A stretch of DNA of 64,000 nucleotides from Gemmatimonadota bacterium. Lineage in GTDB: Bacteria > Gemmatimonadota > Gemmatimonadetes > Gemmatimonadales > GWC2-71-9. The stretch lies in NCBI GenBank assembly GCA_039588295.1, contig JBDHAB010000004.1, positions 64,001 to 128,000 on the forward strand, in the 5' to 3' direction. Below the pieces are notes generated by a model. The model ran no database searches and was not told where the DNA came from. It saw nothing but the letters and a program-made list of their open reading frames with translations. Made by a program: the position numbers and the translations under genes. Of this stretch, positions 10,516 through 20,263 are shown one piece after another; the first letter of the stretch is position 1; each line of letters begins with the position of its first letter.

Positions 10516-11706
10516 ATGAAGCTCGCTCATCTCGCGGACGTCCACTTGGGCTTCCGCCAGTACCATCGGCTCACACCTCACGGGATCAATCAGCGCGAGG
10601 CGGATGTCGCGGCTGCCTTTCGCCAGACGATCGAGGACATCATTCGGGCGGCTCCCGACGTCGTCATCATTGCAGGAGATCTGTTTAACTCCGTACGGCC
10701 GACGAACCCAGCCATCCTCCACTCGTTTGGCCTGCTGAGCAATCTCCGCTCATCGCTGCCCGCCACTCCGGTCGTGCTTGTTGCGGGCAATCACGACACG
10801 CCACGCTCCACAGAGACCGGCACGATTCTCAAGCTGTTCGAGGCGGTCGACGGTGTGCATGTCGTGGCTGATCGGACACGCGACCTCGCGTTCCACGCAG
10901 GGGATCTCACGATACGATGTGTGCCGCACGTTGCGTGGCTGACGGCCCCACGACCGACCCTCACCCCTCCGCGCGGATCCGGCCGCAACATCGTCGTGAC
11001 ACATGGAGAGATTGCGGGAGTCATACGTCCGGATGCCTGGGCGCTCGAATACGGTGGTGCGCTCGTGGACCGTGCCGAGCTACATGCAGAGCGCTGGGAC
11101 TACGTGGCGCTGGGACACTATCACGTCGCCCACCAAGTGGCCGACAACGCCTGGTACAGCGGCGCGTTGGAATACGTGAGCACCAATCCTTGGGGTGAGT
11201 TGCAGGATGAGGCTCGAGAAGGACGGGCGGGTCAGAAGGGCTGGCTACTCGTCGAGCTTGGCGATGGTGCACCCAACGTACAGTTCCGGCCGATTTCGTT
11301 GGCGCGCAGCCCCATCGACCTGCCGGCGATTCATGCCGCCGGTCTCAACGCGGGGGAGATCGATCAGCAGGTATACGAGCATGTAGACGCTGTCGACGGC
11401 GGCATCGACAACCACATTGTTCGCCAGCTCGTCTTCGACGTACCAAGGCCCGTCGCTCGCGACCTGAACCACGCGCGACTGCGTGAGCTCAAGGCGCGGG
11501 CGCTCCACTTCAACCTCGACGTGCGCAGGCCGCCATCCCGCCGCGAGGTCGGTGTGGGAGCCCCCGGGGAACGTCGTACGCTGGCGGACGTTGTCACCGA
11601 ATACCTCAGCGAACGCCTTCTGGATGCCGAGGTGCCTCGCGATCGACTGGTGGCGCTCGGGAAGCAGTACCTCGAAGAGGTCGAGAGAGGGTTGCTCGAG
11701 GAATAG
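10516..11706 (+). CDS. sbcD: Mre11/SbcD DNA repair nuclease
   Basis: Metallophosphoesterase motifs DVHLG, AGDLF, GNHD, THG and ALGHYH. Confidence 0.92.
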   Translation: MKLAHLADVHLGFRQYHRLTPHGINQREADVAAAFRQTIEDIIRAAPDVVIIAGDLFNSVRPTNPAILHSFGLLSNLRSSLPATPVVLVAGNHDTPRSTETGTILKLFEAVDGVHVVADRTRDLAFHAGDLTIRCVPHVAWLTAPRPTLTPPRGSGRNIVVTHGEIAGVIRPDAWALEYGGALVDRAELHAERWDYVALGHYHVAHQVADNAWYSGALEYVSTNPWGELQDEAREGRAGQKGWLLVELGDGAPNVQFRPISLARSPIDLPAIHAAGLNAGEIDQQVYEHVDAVDGGIDNHIVRQLVFDVPRPVARDLNHARLRELKARALHFNLDVRRPPSRREVGVGAPGERRTLADVVTEYLSERLLDAEVPRDRLVALGKQYLEEVERGLLEE

Positions 11707-14136
11707 ATGCGACTCCACCGCCTCAAGCTGCTCAATTTCCGGCAACACGCGTCGACGGAGATCGTCTTCGGATCCGGAATCACGGCGATCATCGGGCCTA
11801 ATGGATCCGGCAAGACGACGCTGCTCGAGGCGATTGCGTGGGCGTTCTACGGTAACCCGGCGGCGCGCGGGTCCCGCGATTCCATTCGCTGGAACCGTGC
11901 GGCGGCACGGGCGTCCGTGCGCGTCGAGGTGGAGTTTGGGCTTGGTGCGCATGAGTTCCGCGTCGCGCGGGGACTGTACGCGGCCGAGTTCTACCAGGAT
12001 CGATTCGACGCGCCCACCGCTGTCGGGCATCAAGAGGTAACGAGTAGGGTGGCACGACTCCTCGGTATGTCGCGGACGGAGTTCTTCAGTACCTACTTCA
12101 CGGGACAAAAGGAACTCGCGGTGATGGCGTCGCTCGGGCCCGCCGACCGCGCCAGGTTTCTCTCGCGCGTACTCGGATATGAGAAACTCAAGCTGGCGCA
12201 GGATCGGCTGCGCGAGACCCGCTCCTCGTTGCGCGGCGAGTTGGCCGGCCTCGAACGCGGGCTCGCTGACCCGGACGAGCTGAAACGCGACTATGACGCC
12301 GCGGCTGAGCGGCTGGCGGAGGTCAAACGTGAGGCGGCGGCCGCGGAGACCGCTACAACCGCTGCTCGGCAACGACTCGACCGCGAGGGGCCGGTCTGGA
12401 CGAAGATGGTGGCATTGCGTGAACGCTCGCTTGCGCTCGATGGCGAGCGGCGGATCGCCGAACGGGACGTGGGGGAGGCACGCCGCGAGTTTGAGCGGCT
12501 CGATCGCGAACTCGCCGACGCGCTCGCCGCTAAATCGAGCCTCGAGGAGTTGGCATCGGACCTCGAGGCCGTGGACCCGTTGAAGGAGGAACTCGACCGG
12601 CTTGAGCGTGAGGCGCAGAACGCTGGTCGACGCCGCTCGGTCACCGGACAGCTGAGCGAACTCAGTGGGCAAACGGAACGCACGATCCAGCGCCTGGACC
12701 GCCTCTCGAGTATCGGCGACGCGCTACAACAGGCTCGCGCGGAGCTGGAAACGGCGCGCCGCGGGCTGCAGGAGGCCGAGCGAAGTGAAGCGGACGCGCG
12801 CACCGTGTGGGTGCGAGCCAAACAGGATGCCGAGACGAAGCGGCAGAACCTGCGCGACCAGTACCTCGACCACCAGAAGCACCGACAGAGTGTCCTCAGC
12901 GCTGGGGCGGATGGTGAGTGTCCGATCTGCCGCCGTCCGCTTGGCGCCGTCTATCAGACCGTGCTGGAGACGCTGGGCCGACAGATGGAGGAGATCGAGG
13001 TAAAGGGCAAGTTCTTCAAGCAGCGCATCGAGCAGCTCCAGAAGCAACCCCCAGAGGTTGGGGACGCGGAGCGAGCTGCCCAAGAGGCCCGGACGCACGT
13101 CGAACACACCGTTCAAGAAGTTGCGCGGTGCGAAGATCGCGTGCGTGAGGAAAAGGAGATGCGGTCCGAGCTGGAACGTCTCCAAGCAAGGCGGCAAGAG
13201 CTGGAGAACGAGATTGCGCAGCTTTCCGATGCATATGATGCAAGCCGCCACGAAGAAGTACGCCAGCAGCTACGCGCGCTCGAACCCACCATTCGGACGG
13301 CTGCGGAGCTGGGTATCAAGGCATCGCGTGCGGAGGCGCTCGTGCAGGAGGCGGAAGCTGCCGAGCGCAACGCCTCGGAGCGGGAGACCCGTGCGCGTGA
13401 TTTCGCCGAGGCCCTGCAATCGCTGGGATTCAGCGAACAGGCCTTCGCAGAAGCGCGGGCGCGGTACGAGGAAGCGGAAGCCGAACGCCAGGAAACCGAG
13501 TTGCGTGTGGCTTCGGTGCAGGGGGACCTGCGCGCGGCTGAAGCTGCGGCCACGCATGCGAAACGCCGCATCGAAGAGCGCCGGGAACGCGCGGATCGGA
13601 TCCAGGAGACCAAGACGGAGCTTGCGTTGCACGACGAGCTTGATCGTGCGTTGCAGGACCTCCGCGCCGAGCTCAACGCGGCGATGCGGCCGGAACTGGC
13701 GGAGCGGGCGTCCGACTTCTTGGGTAGTCTCACGGATGGTCGGTATGCGGAGCTGGAGCTCGACGAGCACTACGAGGTCCTGATCGTCGAAGACGGTCAG
13801 GCCAAACCCGTGATCTCGGGAGGTGAGGAGGACATGCTCCACCTCTCCTTGCGACTCGCCATCAGCCAGATGGTTGCCGAGCGGGCTGGGCAACCACTGT
13901 CGCTGCTCGTGCTTGACGAGATCTTTGGCAGTCTGGACGAGGCACGACGTCACAATGTCGTGGCATTGCTGCGTGGACTGGCGGATCGGTTCCCCCAGGT
14001 CATCCTGATTACCCATATCGAATCGGTGCGGGACGGAGTCGATCGAGTGCTGCGAGTCGAATTGGACGAAGAAACGGGCGCTGCTCGACTGACCGATGAC
14101 GAGATACCGGTTGGAGGTGCGGATGTGGCGGCCTGA
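11707..14136 (+). CDS. sbcC: Rad50/SbcC SMC-family ATPase
   Basis: Walker A GPNGSGKTT, coiled coils, zinc hook CPIC, signature ISGGE, Walker B LVLDEIFGSLD. Confidence 0.92.
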   Translation: MRLHRLKLLNFRQHASTEIVFGSGITAIIGPNGSGKTTLLEAIAWAFYGNPAARGSRDSIRWNRAAARASVRVEVEFGLGAHEFRVARGLYAAEFYQDRFDAPTAVGHQEVTSRVARLLGMSRTEFFSTYFTGQKELAVMASLGPADRARFLSRVLGYEKLKLAQDRLRETRSSLRGELAGLERGLADPDELKRDYDAAAERLAEVKREAAAAETATTAARQRLDREGPVWTKMVALRERSLALDGERRIAERDVGEARREFERLDRELADALAAKSSLEELASDLEAVDPLKEELDRLEREAQNAGRRRSVTGQLSELSGQTERTIQRLDRLSSIGDALQQARAELETARRGLQEAERSEADARTVWVRAKQDAETKRQNLRDQYLDHQKHRQSVLSAGADGECPICRRPLGAVYQTVLETLGRQMEEIEVKGKFFKQRIEQLQKQPPEVGDAERAAQEARTHVEHTVQEVARCEDRVREEKEMRSELERLQARRQELENEIAQLSDAYDASRHEEVRQQLRALEPTIRTAAELGIKASRAEALVQEAEAAERNASERETRARDFAEALQSLGFSEQAFAEARARYEEAEAERQETELRVASVQGDLRAAEAAATHAKRRIEERRERADRIQETKTELALHDELDRALQDLRAELNAAMRPELAERASDFLGSLTDGRYAELELDEHYEVLIVEDGQAKPVISGGEEDMLHLSLRLAISQMVAERAGQPLSLLVLDEIFGSLDEARRHNVVALLRGLADRFPQVILITHIESVRDGVDRVLRVELDEETGAARLTDDEIPVGGADVAA

Positions 14137-15091
14137 GAGGCTGCTGCTGGGTCCGCGGATGGCGTCGCCGGCAGACATCGAATCGCTGAATCGCGTGTTC
14201 GCGGACGCGTTCACGGAACGCTATCACCGCGACGGATTGGTCGGCGTGCGGGTTCCGCAGCTCAACCCGGACATTTGGCGGTACGCGCTTCGGGACGCAG
14301 GGGCGGGTGCGATGCTGTGGTACGATGAACACGATGGGCTGGTGGCCTTCAACATGGTCCACCGCTCCGGGGCTGAAGGGTGGATGGGCCCGCTTGCCGT
14401 GCGCACCGATCGCCAGGAGATGGGGGTAGGGAGGACCATCGTCTCGGCTGCGATCGACTGGTTGTCCACGCAGGGGGTCTCGACCATCGGCTTGGAAACG
14501 ATGCCGCGAACCGTCGAGAATATTGGCTTCTACAGTCGCATGGGCTTCGCCCCGAATCATCTGACCGTGACGATGACGGGTCATGCCGCCCGACGACGCG
14601 TGGCCGGCAAGGTGGTCCGGCTGAGCGAGCTCAGGCCTGACGAACGGTCGGCGCTTGCCGAACGGTGTCGTAGGCGTCTCGAACAGTCAGCCCGAGGCTA
14701 CGATTACCGTCGTGAAATGGATTTGACGGCAGAGCTTGCGTTGGGCGACACGATTGTCGTGGAGGGTGACCGGGACGTCGCCGGATTTGCGATTTGGCAC
14801 TCGGCCGCGCTGGTCGGTGGGCGGCCGTCCGAGGAACTCCGTGTGCTCAAGTTGTTTGCGGACTCTATCGAGACCTTCGTGCGCTTGCTGGTGGCCTTGG
14901 AAGGGTGCGCGGCAGCGGTGGGCGTGCGTCTCGTGGCGATTCGGTGTCAGACCGGTCTCACGCACGCGTACGGGGCGTTGGTGGAACGCGGCTACCACGT
15001 CCGCTGGACCGATCTCCGCATGACATTGGAGGGCTACGCGGAGCCGACCCTTCCCGAGAGCGAGGTCCTCTTCTCGAACTGGGAAATCTGA
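14123..15091 (+). CDS. GNAT-family N-acetyltransferase (tandem domains)
   Basis: GPLAVRTDRQEMGVGR acetyl-CoA motif and NIGFYSRMGF. Confidence 0.85.
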   Translation: MWRPERLLLGPRMASPADIESLNRVFADAFTERYHRDGLVGVRVPQLNPDIWRYALRDAGAGAMLWYDEHDGLVAFNMVHRSGAEGWMGPLAVRTDRQEMGVGRTIVSAAIDWLSTQGVSTIGLETMPRTVENIGFYSRMGFAPNHLTVTMTGHAARRRVAGKVVRLSELRPDERSALAERCRRRLEQSARGYDYRREMDLTAELALGDTIVVEGDRDVAGFAIWHSAALVGGRPSEELRVLKLFADSIETFVRLLVALEGCAAAVGVRLVAIRCQTGLTHAYGALVERGYHVRWTDLRMTLEGYAEPTLPESEVLFSNWEI

Positions 15092-15244
15092 TTAGCGTCG
15101 CGGTGTGGAGACCAATCCCCGAGCGACCAGCACGCATCCTGCTGCGAGGAGTGTGTGGACCCAGCCGCTGGGTATGGCTGCGACAAAGGCGAGTGCCAAC
15201 CAGCCCACCAGACAGATGACACCCGCCAAGAGATAGACGTTCAT
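15092..15244 (-). CDS. 50-aa two-helix membrane protein (lmo0937/DUF5670-like)
   Basis: Hand-translated MNVYLLAGVICLVGWLALAFVAAIPSGWVHTLLAAGCVLVARGLVSTPRR, with a GGAG RBS. Below the ORF-track size cutoff. Confidence 0.7.
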   Translation of the reverse strand: MNVYLLAGVICLVGWLALAFVAAIPSGWVHTLLAAGCVLVARGLVSTPRR

Positions 15245-15272
15245 TCCGACTCCAGGTTTGGGATTGGATTTC

Positions 15273-15301
15273 TTGACGCCATCTGGACCCCGGCCTATTA
15301 T
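15273..15301 (+). promoter_or_regulatory. sigma70 promoter of the ncRNA
   Basis: TTGACG-17 bp-TATTAT, ending ~7 nt before the RNA stem. Confidence 0.8.
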
Positions 15302-15307
15302 AGCGCT

Positions 15308-15464
15308 AGCGGGAGCGAAGAGCTGGATTATTGAGCCAACAAGCTCGACGACGTGCCCGGTTTTCGGTTGCCGATGGCAGGCCCTCTCGGGACGCCAGAC
15401 GCAGCGGTTGGGGCACGGTTCCTTTGGTTTCGGGCTTCAATAATGCTCTTCGTTCCCGTTTTTT
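15308..15464 (+). ncRNA. ssrS: Probable 6S RNA
   Basis: Rod fold: 15309-15323 pairs with 15445-15459 and 15327-15337 with 15433-15444. A ~14/15-nt central bubble is closed by CGTGCCC/GGGCACG, followed by an apical stem-loop and a T-run. Confidence 0.75.
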
Positions 15465-15635
15465 GCATCTCTAGGCCGCTCATGTGATCGATGACGGCTG
15501 CGCCACACCTCCAGCACACATCGTGGTACATTTACCGTCCCAATGAGTACCTGGACGCTGGGTCCGTGCCGTTCCATCGCCACGATGGCGACGACCGCCG
15601 AACACGGCGCTTGACGCAGCAGGAGGAGTGACGAC

Positions 15636-16277
15636 GTGACGAGTCGACAGCGTGGCCAGACCGCACCATCAAGCCGCACACCGGATGTGCTCGAGATGAC
15701 GCGGGGCGCTGCGGAAGCCGAACTTCAGACGCTCGTCCACCGCATGCTCCAATTGCTCGGGGAGGATCCGGAGCGCGAGGGACTGGAACGTACACCGGCG
15801 CGTGTCGAGTCGTCACTCCGTTGGCTCACGCGGGGTTATGGCCAGTCGGTGACCGAGGTCGTGTGCGACGCCGTGTTCGAGGAGCCGCACGAGAGCATGA
15901 TTCTGGTGCGCGACATTGAGCTATACTCGCTGTGCGAGCATCATATGCTGCCGTTCTTCGGTAAGGCACACGTCGCGTACCTGCCCAAAGGAAAGATCAT
16001 CGGTCTCTCGAAGGTCCCTCGTGTCGTCGATGTCTTTGCCCGGAGGCTACAGGTCCAGGAGCGGCTCACCGACCAGGTCGCGGATGCGCTGATGGAAGTG
16101 CTCCAACCGCATGGAGTTGGCGTGGTGATCGAGGCGTACCACCTCTGCATGATGATGCGAGGGGTGGAGAAACAGCACTCCAAGACCGTGACGAGCGCCC
16201 TGCGCGGCAGTTTCCTCGACGGCACCACGCGAGACGAGTTCTTGCGACTTGCGCACGGTGGGAGTTGGCTGGAGTAA
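15636..16277 (+). CDS. folE: GTP cyclohydrolase I
   Basis: [31 protein letters not shown] and [11 protein letters not shown]. Confidence 0.97.
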   Translation: MTSRQRGQTAPSSRTPDVLEMTRGAAEAELQTLVHRMLQLLGEDPEREGLERTPARVESSLRWLTRGYGQSVTEVVCDAVFEEPHESMILVRDIELYSLCEHHMLPFFGKAHVAYLPKGKIIGLSKVPRVVDVFARRLQVQERLTDQVADALMEVLQPHGVGVVIEAYHLCMMMRGVEKQHSKTVTSALRGSFLDGTTRDEFLRLAHGGSWLE

Positions 16278-16972
16278 TGTCGTTGGCAGGCAAGATCGCG
16301 ATCGTGACCGGCGCCAGTCGAGGCATCGGGCGGGAGATCGCCGATCGTCTCGTGAACGAAGAAGTGCAGGTGGCGTGCTTGGCACGAACCCTCACCGCTC
16401 GGCACGAGGCGCGACGCTTGGAGATACCGTGTGACGTCACGGACGAGCACCAGATCCAGCGGAGCGTCGAACAGGTGCTGGCGACGCTGGGCGTACCGGA
16501 TATCGTGGTGAACAATGCGGGTACCTTTCTGATCAAGCCACTGCACGATACGAGTAGTCGGGAGTTCATGGACCAGCTCACCGTGAACACGGTCGGACCG
16601 TTCTTGCTGCTTCGTGCGCTCGTGCCCCACTTGGTCAAGAAAGGCGGAGGCCACGTCGTCACCATCGGCAGCGTGGTGGATCACCGACCGTATGCGGGGA
16701 ACGCCGCCTACGGCGCCAGCAAGTATGGAGCACGGGGTCTCCACGAAGTGTTGGTCGAGGAAATTCGGAACACGGGAGTCCGTACCACCCTGATCTCACC
16801 TGGTGCCACCGACACGAAGCTCTGGGACTCACTCGATCCGGATGGTCGAGACGATCTTCCGGACCGGCGTGACATGCTGCTCCCATCGGATGTAGCAGAT
16901 GCCGTCATCTACGCGGTGACGCGGCCACCACGCGTCAATGTCGAGTGGATTCGGCTTATGCCGGCGGAGTAG
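16277..16972 (+). CDS. SDR-family oxidoreductase
   Basis: TGASRGIG, NNAG and YGASK. TAATG-coupled to folE. Confidence 0.92.
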   Translation: MSLAGKIAIVTGASRGIGREIADRLVNEEVQVACLARTLTARHEARRLEIPCDVTDEHQIQRSVEQVLATLGVPDIVVNNAGTFLIKPLHDTSSREFMDQLTVNTVGPFLLLRALVPHLVKKGGGHVVTIGSVVDHRPYAGNAAYGASKYGARGLHEVLVEEIRNTGVRTTLISPGATDTKLWDSLDPDGRDDLPDRRDMLLPSDVADAVIYAVTRPPRVNVEWIRLMPAE

Positions 16973-16997
16973 CAGCGAACAGCGAAGTTCCAATCCC

Positions 16998-17594
16998 ATG
17001 TTCATTGCGCTCGCCGAATTCCTGCGCTGTCCGGCTGGTCATGCAGAGGACACGCAGTGTGTGGTTCTTCCGGAGCAGATGGTCGACCGGGATGTCCGAT
17101 CGGGGGTGGTCGGCTGTCCGATCTGCCGCCGTGAGTATCCCATCGTGAACGGCGCGGCCGTGTTCGGCGCGAGTCCGGCCCGCCCAACCGGCCTCGTCGC
17201 GGCGCTCCCAGACCCTGCCGTGGTGCAGGCGTTGCTGGGGATCGCTGGCCCGGGCGGTTACGTGGTGCTGGCCGGCTCGGCCGTGGGACTGACGGCTGGG
17301 CTTCGCGCGCTGCAGTCCGGCGTACACATCGTTGCCGTGAACCCGCCGGACGATCGGGAGACCCCGGGCGGTGCGGTGAGCGTGGTGTGCCACGACCGGA
17401 CGTTCCCGCTCAAGAGCGCTATGGCCCGCGGTGTGGTCATTGGGTCGGAGTATGCGTGCCAGCCGTGGCTCGATGAGGGCGCGCGCCTGTTGCTCAAGGG
17501 CCTGCGGCTCGTCGTGCTCCACGAGGGGATTACGATCGAGACGGTCGAGGGGCTCGCAGAGGGCGACGGGCACTGGGTCGGGCGCAAACGCTGA
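16998..17594 (+). CDS. Hypothetical protein with a Trm112-like N-terminus
   Basis: FLRCP...GCPICRREYPIVNG pattern. Confidence 0.65.
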   Translation: MFIALAEFLRCPAGHAEDTQCVVLPEQMVDRDVRSGVVGCPICRREYPIVNGAAVFGASPARPTGLVAALPDPAVVQALLGIAGPGGYVVLAGSAVGLTAGLRALQSGVHIVAVNPPDDRETPGGAVSVVCHDRTFPLKSAMARGVVIGSEYACQPWLDEGARLLLKGLRLVVLHEGITIETVEGLAEGDGHWVGRKR

Positions 17595-17663
17595 TTCGCG
17601 CCACAGCTGCCGCTCAACCGTGACGTTCGAACGCTCGAGCGGGAACTCGCCGCTCTGGCAGGC

Positions 17664-19463
17664 CTACGAGGCGTAGAGCGCGTCGATCTTGTCCTGGTAC
17701 TTCTCCTCGATGACGCGCCGTTTGACCTTAAGCGTCGGCGTGAGCTCGCCGCGCTCAATGGTGAAGTCCTCCTCGATGAGCGCGATCTTCTTTGGCATCT
17801 CGAAGCTTGCCAAGTCGCGCAGGCTCCCCATGACCTCGCGCTCGATCTTCGCCGCAACGTCCGGCGTCGCCAGAAGGGTGCTGTTGTCGGTGTAGCTGAT
17901 ACCGCGCTGGCTCGCCCAGGCCTTCATGGCCTCGAGATTGGGGACGACGAGGAGAGACGGGAACTTTCGCTTGTTGCCGATCATGACCACGTTCAAGACG
18001 AATTTGTTCGTCTTGATCATGTTCTCTATGGGCTGCGGCGCGACCTTCTTCCCTCCGGCCGTGACAATGAGATCCTTCTTGCGGTCGGTGATCTTGACGT
18101 AGCCCCGCTGGTCGAGTTCGCCGATGTCGCCGGTATGGAACCAGCCGTCCGGATCGATCGCATCAGCCGTGGCTTCAGGCTTGTTGTGATATCCCTCCAT
18201 GATGTTCGGTCCTCGAGCGAGGATCTCCCCGTCCGGTGCAATCTTGACCTCGACGCCCGGGATCGGCGGACCCACCGTTCCAATCCCCAGTGCGTCCAAT
18301 GGGTTGGCGGCGATGACCGGTGACGTTTCCGTCAGACCGTATCCCTCGACGATTGGGAGTCCGGCGGCGAAGAAGAATTTGGCGATCTCGGGATTGAGGG
18401 GGGCACCGCCCGAGACGAAGAATCGAATGCGGCCACCGGTTCGCGCGCGGAGCTTCGAGAAGACGAGCTTGTCCGCAATCGCCTTCTTCATGGCGAGGGT
18501 GGCCGGAATGGTTTCACCGGCAAGCGTCAAGTCGGCCCAATGCTCTGCGTTGCGCCGAGCCCAGAAGAAGATCCGCCGCTTCAGCGCGCCACCGGCCATC
18601 GCGTTTTCGAGGACCCGTGCGTAGATCTTCTCGAACAGCCGAGGCACCGAGATCACAACCGTCGGCTTGAGTTCACCGAGGTTAGCCGGGACCTTCTCGA
18701 TACTCTCTGCGTAACTGATCGTCGTACCACTGTGGAGCATGGTGTAGTGCCCCGCCATGCGCTCGAAGCTGTGGGACAGCGGTAGTAGCGACAGGCAGGA
18801 GTCGTCGGGCGTGATCGACAGAACCTTGAGCGCGGAGACGACGTTCGAGCAGAAATTGCCGTGTGTGAGCCTGACCCCCTTTGGCACACCGGTGGTGCCC
18901 GACGTGTAGATCAGCGTGGCGAGGGTACCAGGACCGATCTTTAGCGCGTCCTCGCGGTAGGTCGGGTAGTGCGATTCCGCTGCGTTTCCGCGCGCCATGA
19001 GTTCCTGGAAACTCAGCACCCCCTCCCCGGCCATGCCTTCGACCGGCTCAAACACGATCACCCGTTCGAGATGCGGCACGGTGTCCCGAATGGCAGCCAC
19101 CTTCTCGAATTGTGCTTGGTTCTCCACAAAGACCGCGCGTGAACCGGAGTCGGCGAGGATGTAGGCCACCTGCTGCGCGGGGAGCGTCGGATAGACCGGT
19201 ACGTCGGCGGTGCCGATCGACAGGCAGGCATAGTCTGCCACCGCCCATTCTGGTCGGTTCTCCGAGAGGATCGCGATGTGGTCGCCCGCCTGGACGCCTA
19301 GCTCTCGGAGGCCGAGGGCGGTGTGATGGACGCGGCGTGCAAGCTCCTGATGGGTGACGTCCTTCCACGTGTCACCGTCCTTGAAGCGGAGTGCCGCCCG
19401 CTTGGTGCCAAACCGCTCGATCGCGGTGAAGAACAGTTCGTTTAGTGTCTGCGGCGCGTTCAC
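17664..19463 (-). CDS. Long-chain fatty acid-CoA ligase
   Basis: YTSGTTGVPKG, GYGLTE, GWFHTGDIG, TDRKKD and TPTLKVKR. Confidence 0.93.
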   Translation of the reverse strand: MNAPQTLNELFFTAIERFGTKRAALRFKDGDTWKDVTHQELARRVHHTALGLRELGVQAGDHIAILSENRPEWAVADYACLSIGTADVPVYPTLPAQQVAYILADSGSRAVFVENQAQFEKVAAIRDTVPHLERVIVFEPVEGMAGEGVLSFQELMARGNAAESHYPTYREDALKIGPGTLATLIYTSGTTGVPKGVRLTHGNFCSNVVSALKVLSITPDDSCLSLLPLSHSFERMAGHYTMLHSGTTISYAESIEKVPANLGELKPTVVISVPRLFEKIYARVLENAMAGGALKRRIFFWARRNAEHWADLTLAGETIPATLAMKKAIADKLVFSKLRARTGGRIRFFVSGGAPLNPEIAKFFFAAGLPIVEGYGLTETSPVIAANPLDALGIGTVGPPIPGVEVKIAPDGEILARGPNIMEGYHNKPEATADAIDPDGWFHTGDIGELDQRGYVKITDRKKDLIVTAGGKKVAPQPIENMIKTNKFVLNVVMIGNKRKFPSLLVVPNLEAMKAWASQRGISYTDNSTLLATPDVAAKIEREVMGSLRDLASFEMPKKIALIEEDFTIERGELTPTLKVKRRVIEEKYQDKIDALYAS

Positions 19464-19519
19464 GGCGTTCCCTCCGGCGCTACGGGTGGCGACCGGGTAC
19501 ACAGAGGCTTGGTCTGCCC

Positions 19520-20263
19520 TCAGTTGTTCTCAAACAAGACCACGAATCGTACAGGCGAGCCCATCACCGTGTCCGCACGAGCGGTGAGGGCGACCGATTC
19601 AATGATCGCACTGTCCGGCTGCGTGACCCCGCTCGTGCGTCGCGCCACGACGGCGGCCTGACCGTTCACGTCCGTCGTGAGCATGACGGCGTGCGGATCG
19701 GGCCCGGGGACCGTATCGGACTGCGTCAGGAAGAACCCGTCTGCTGCCGCGGAGCCCGGTGCGGGATCGACAGTGGCAAAGTGCACCGTAATTCCTGCGA
19801 GCGCGAGCTGCGTGCCCGGTGAGGTCGTGAGATCATACACGACGACGGTGAGCGGCGGTGAGTTCACGACCGCGGTATCGACGGTCACGCGCACCTCTCC
19901 CGTCGCAGCCACGGAATCGGGTGCCGCGAGCACGGTGATCTGGATCGAGCCCGACGCGAGGTTCTCCACCCGAGCCTGTACGCGCCCTGTGCCCGGCGCA
20001 TTCGCCGTCACGAGGCCGGTTACGCTATCGATCGTGAATCCGACCTGACCCGAATCTACGTCGAGCCCGACCCAACGAATGACTGCCTCGGGCACCGTGT
20101 CACCAGCGGCGCTCACCGCACGAGCGCGGAGCTGCAGCGTGTCGCGCTCCTCGACGGTCCGGCTGGTCGGCCCGACAACCTCGATGGCCACAACACGATC
20201 GAAGTCTCCGGTGATCTCACTGCACGCGAACGTGCAGACCACCATCAGAATCCAGCGCCTCAG
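19520..20263 (-). CDS. Lipoprotein with Ig-like beta domains (start CTG 20263 or ATG 20245)
   Basis: Lipobox-like TFA-C and V/T-rich beta strands. Confidence 0.7.
   Translation of the reverse strand: MRRWILMVVCTFACSEITGDFDRVVAIEVVGPTSRTVEERDTLQLRARAVSAAGDTVPEAVIRWVGLDVDSGQVGFTIDSVTGLVTANAPGTGRVQARVENLASGSIQITVLAAPDSVAATGEVRVTVDTAVVNSPPLTVVVYDLTTSPGTQLALAGITVHFATVDPAPGSAAADGFFLTQSDTVPGPDPHAVMLTTDVNGQAAVVARRTSGVTQPDSAIIESVALTARADTVMGSPVRFVVLFENN

Noticed and set aside
15308..15464. SRP RNA, tRNA or simple terminator
   Set aside because: There is no SRP domain IV motif and no cloverleaf, and it is too long and has its own promoter.
15566..15610. Hairpins in the folE leader as a folate or pterin riboswitch
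   Set aside because: Short GC-rich stems only, and I cannot match a known aptamer consensus by eye.
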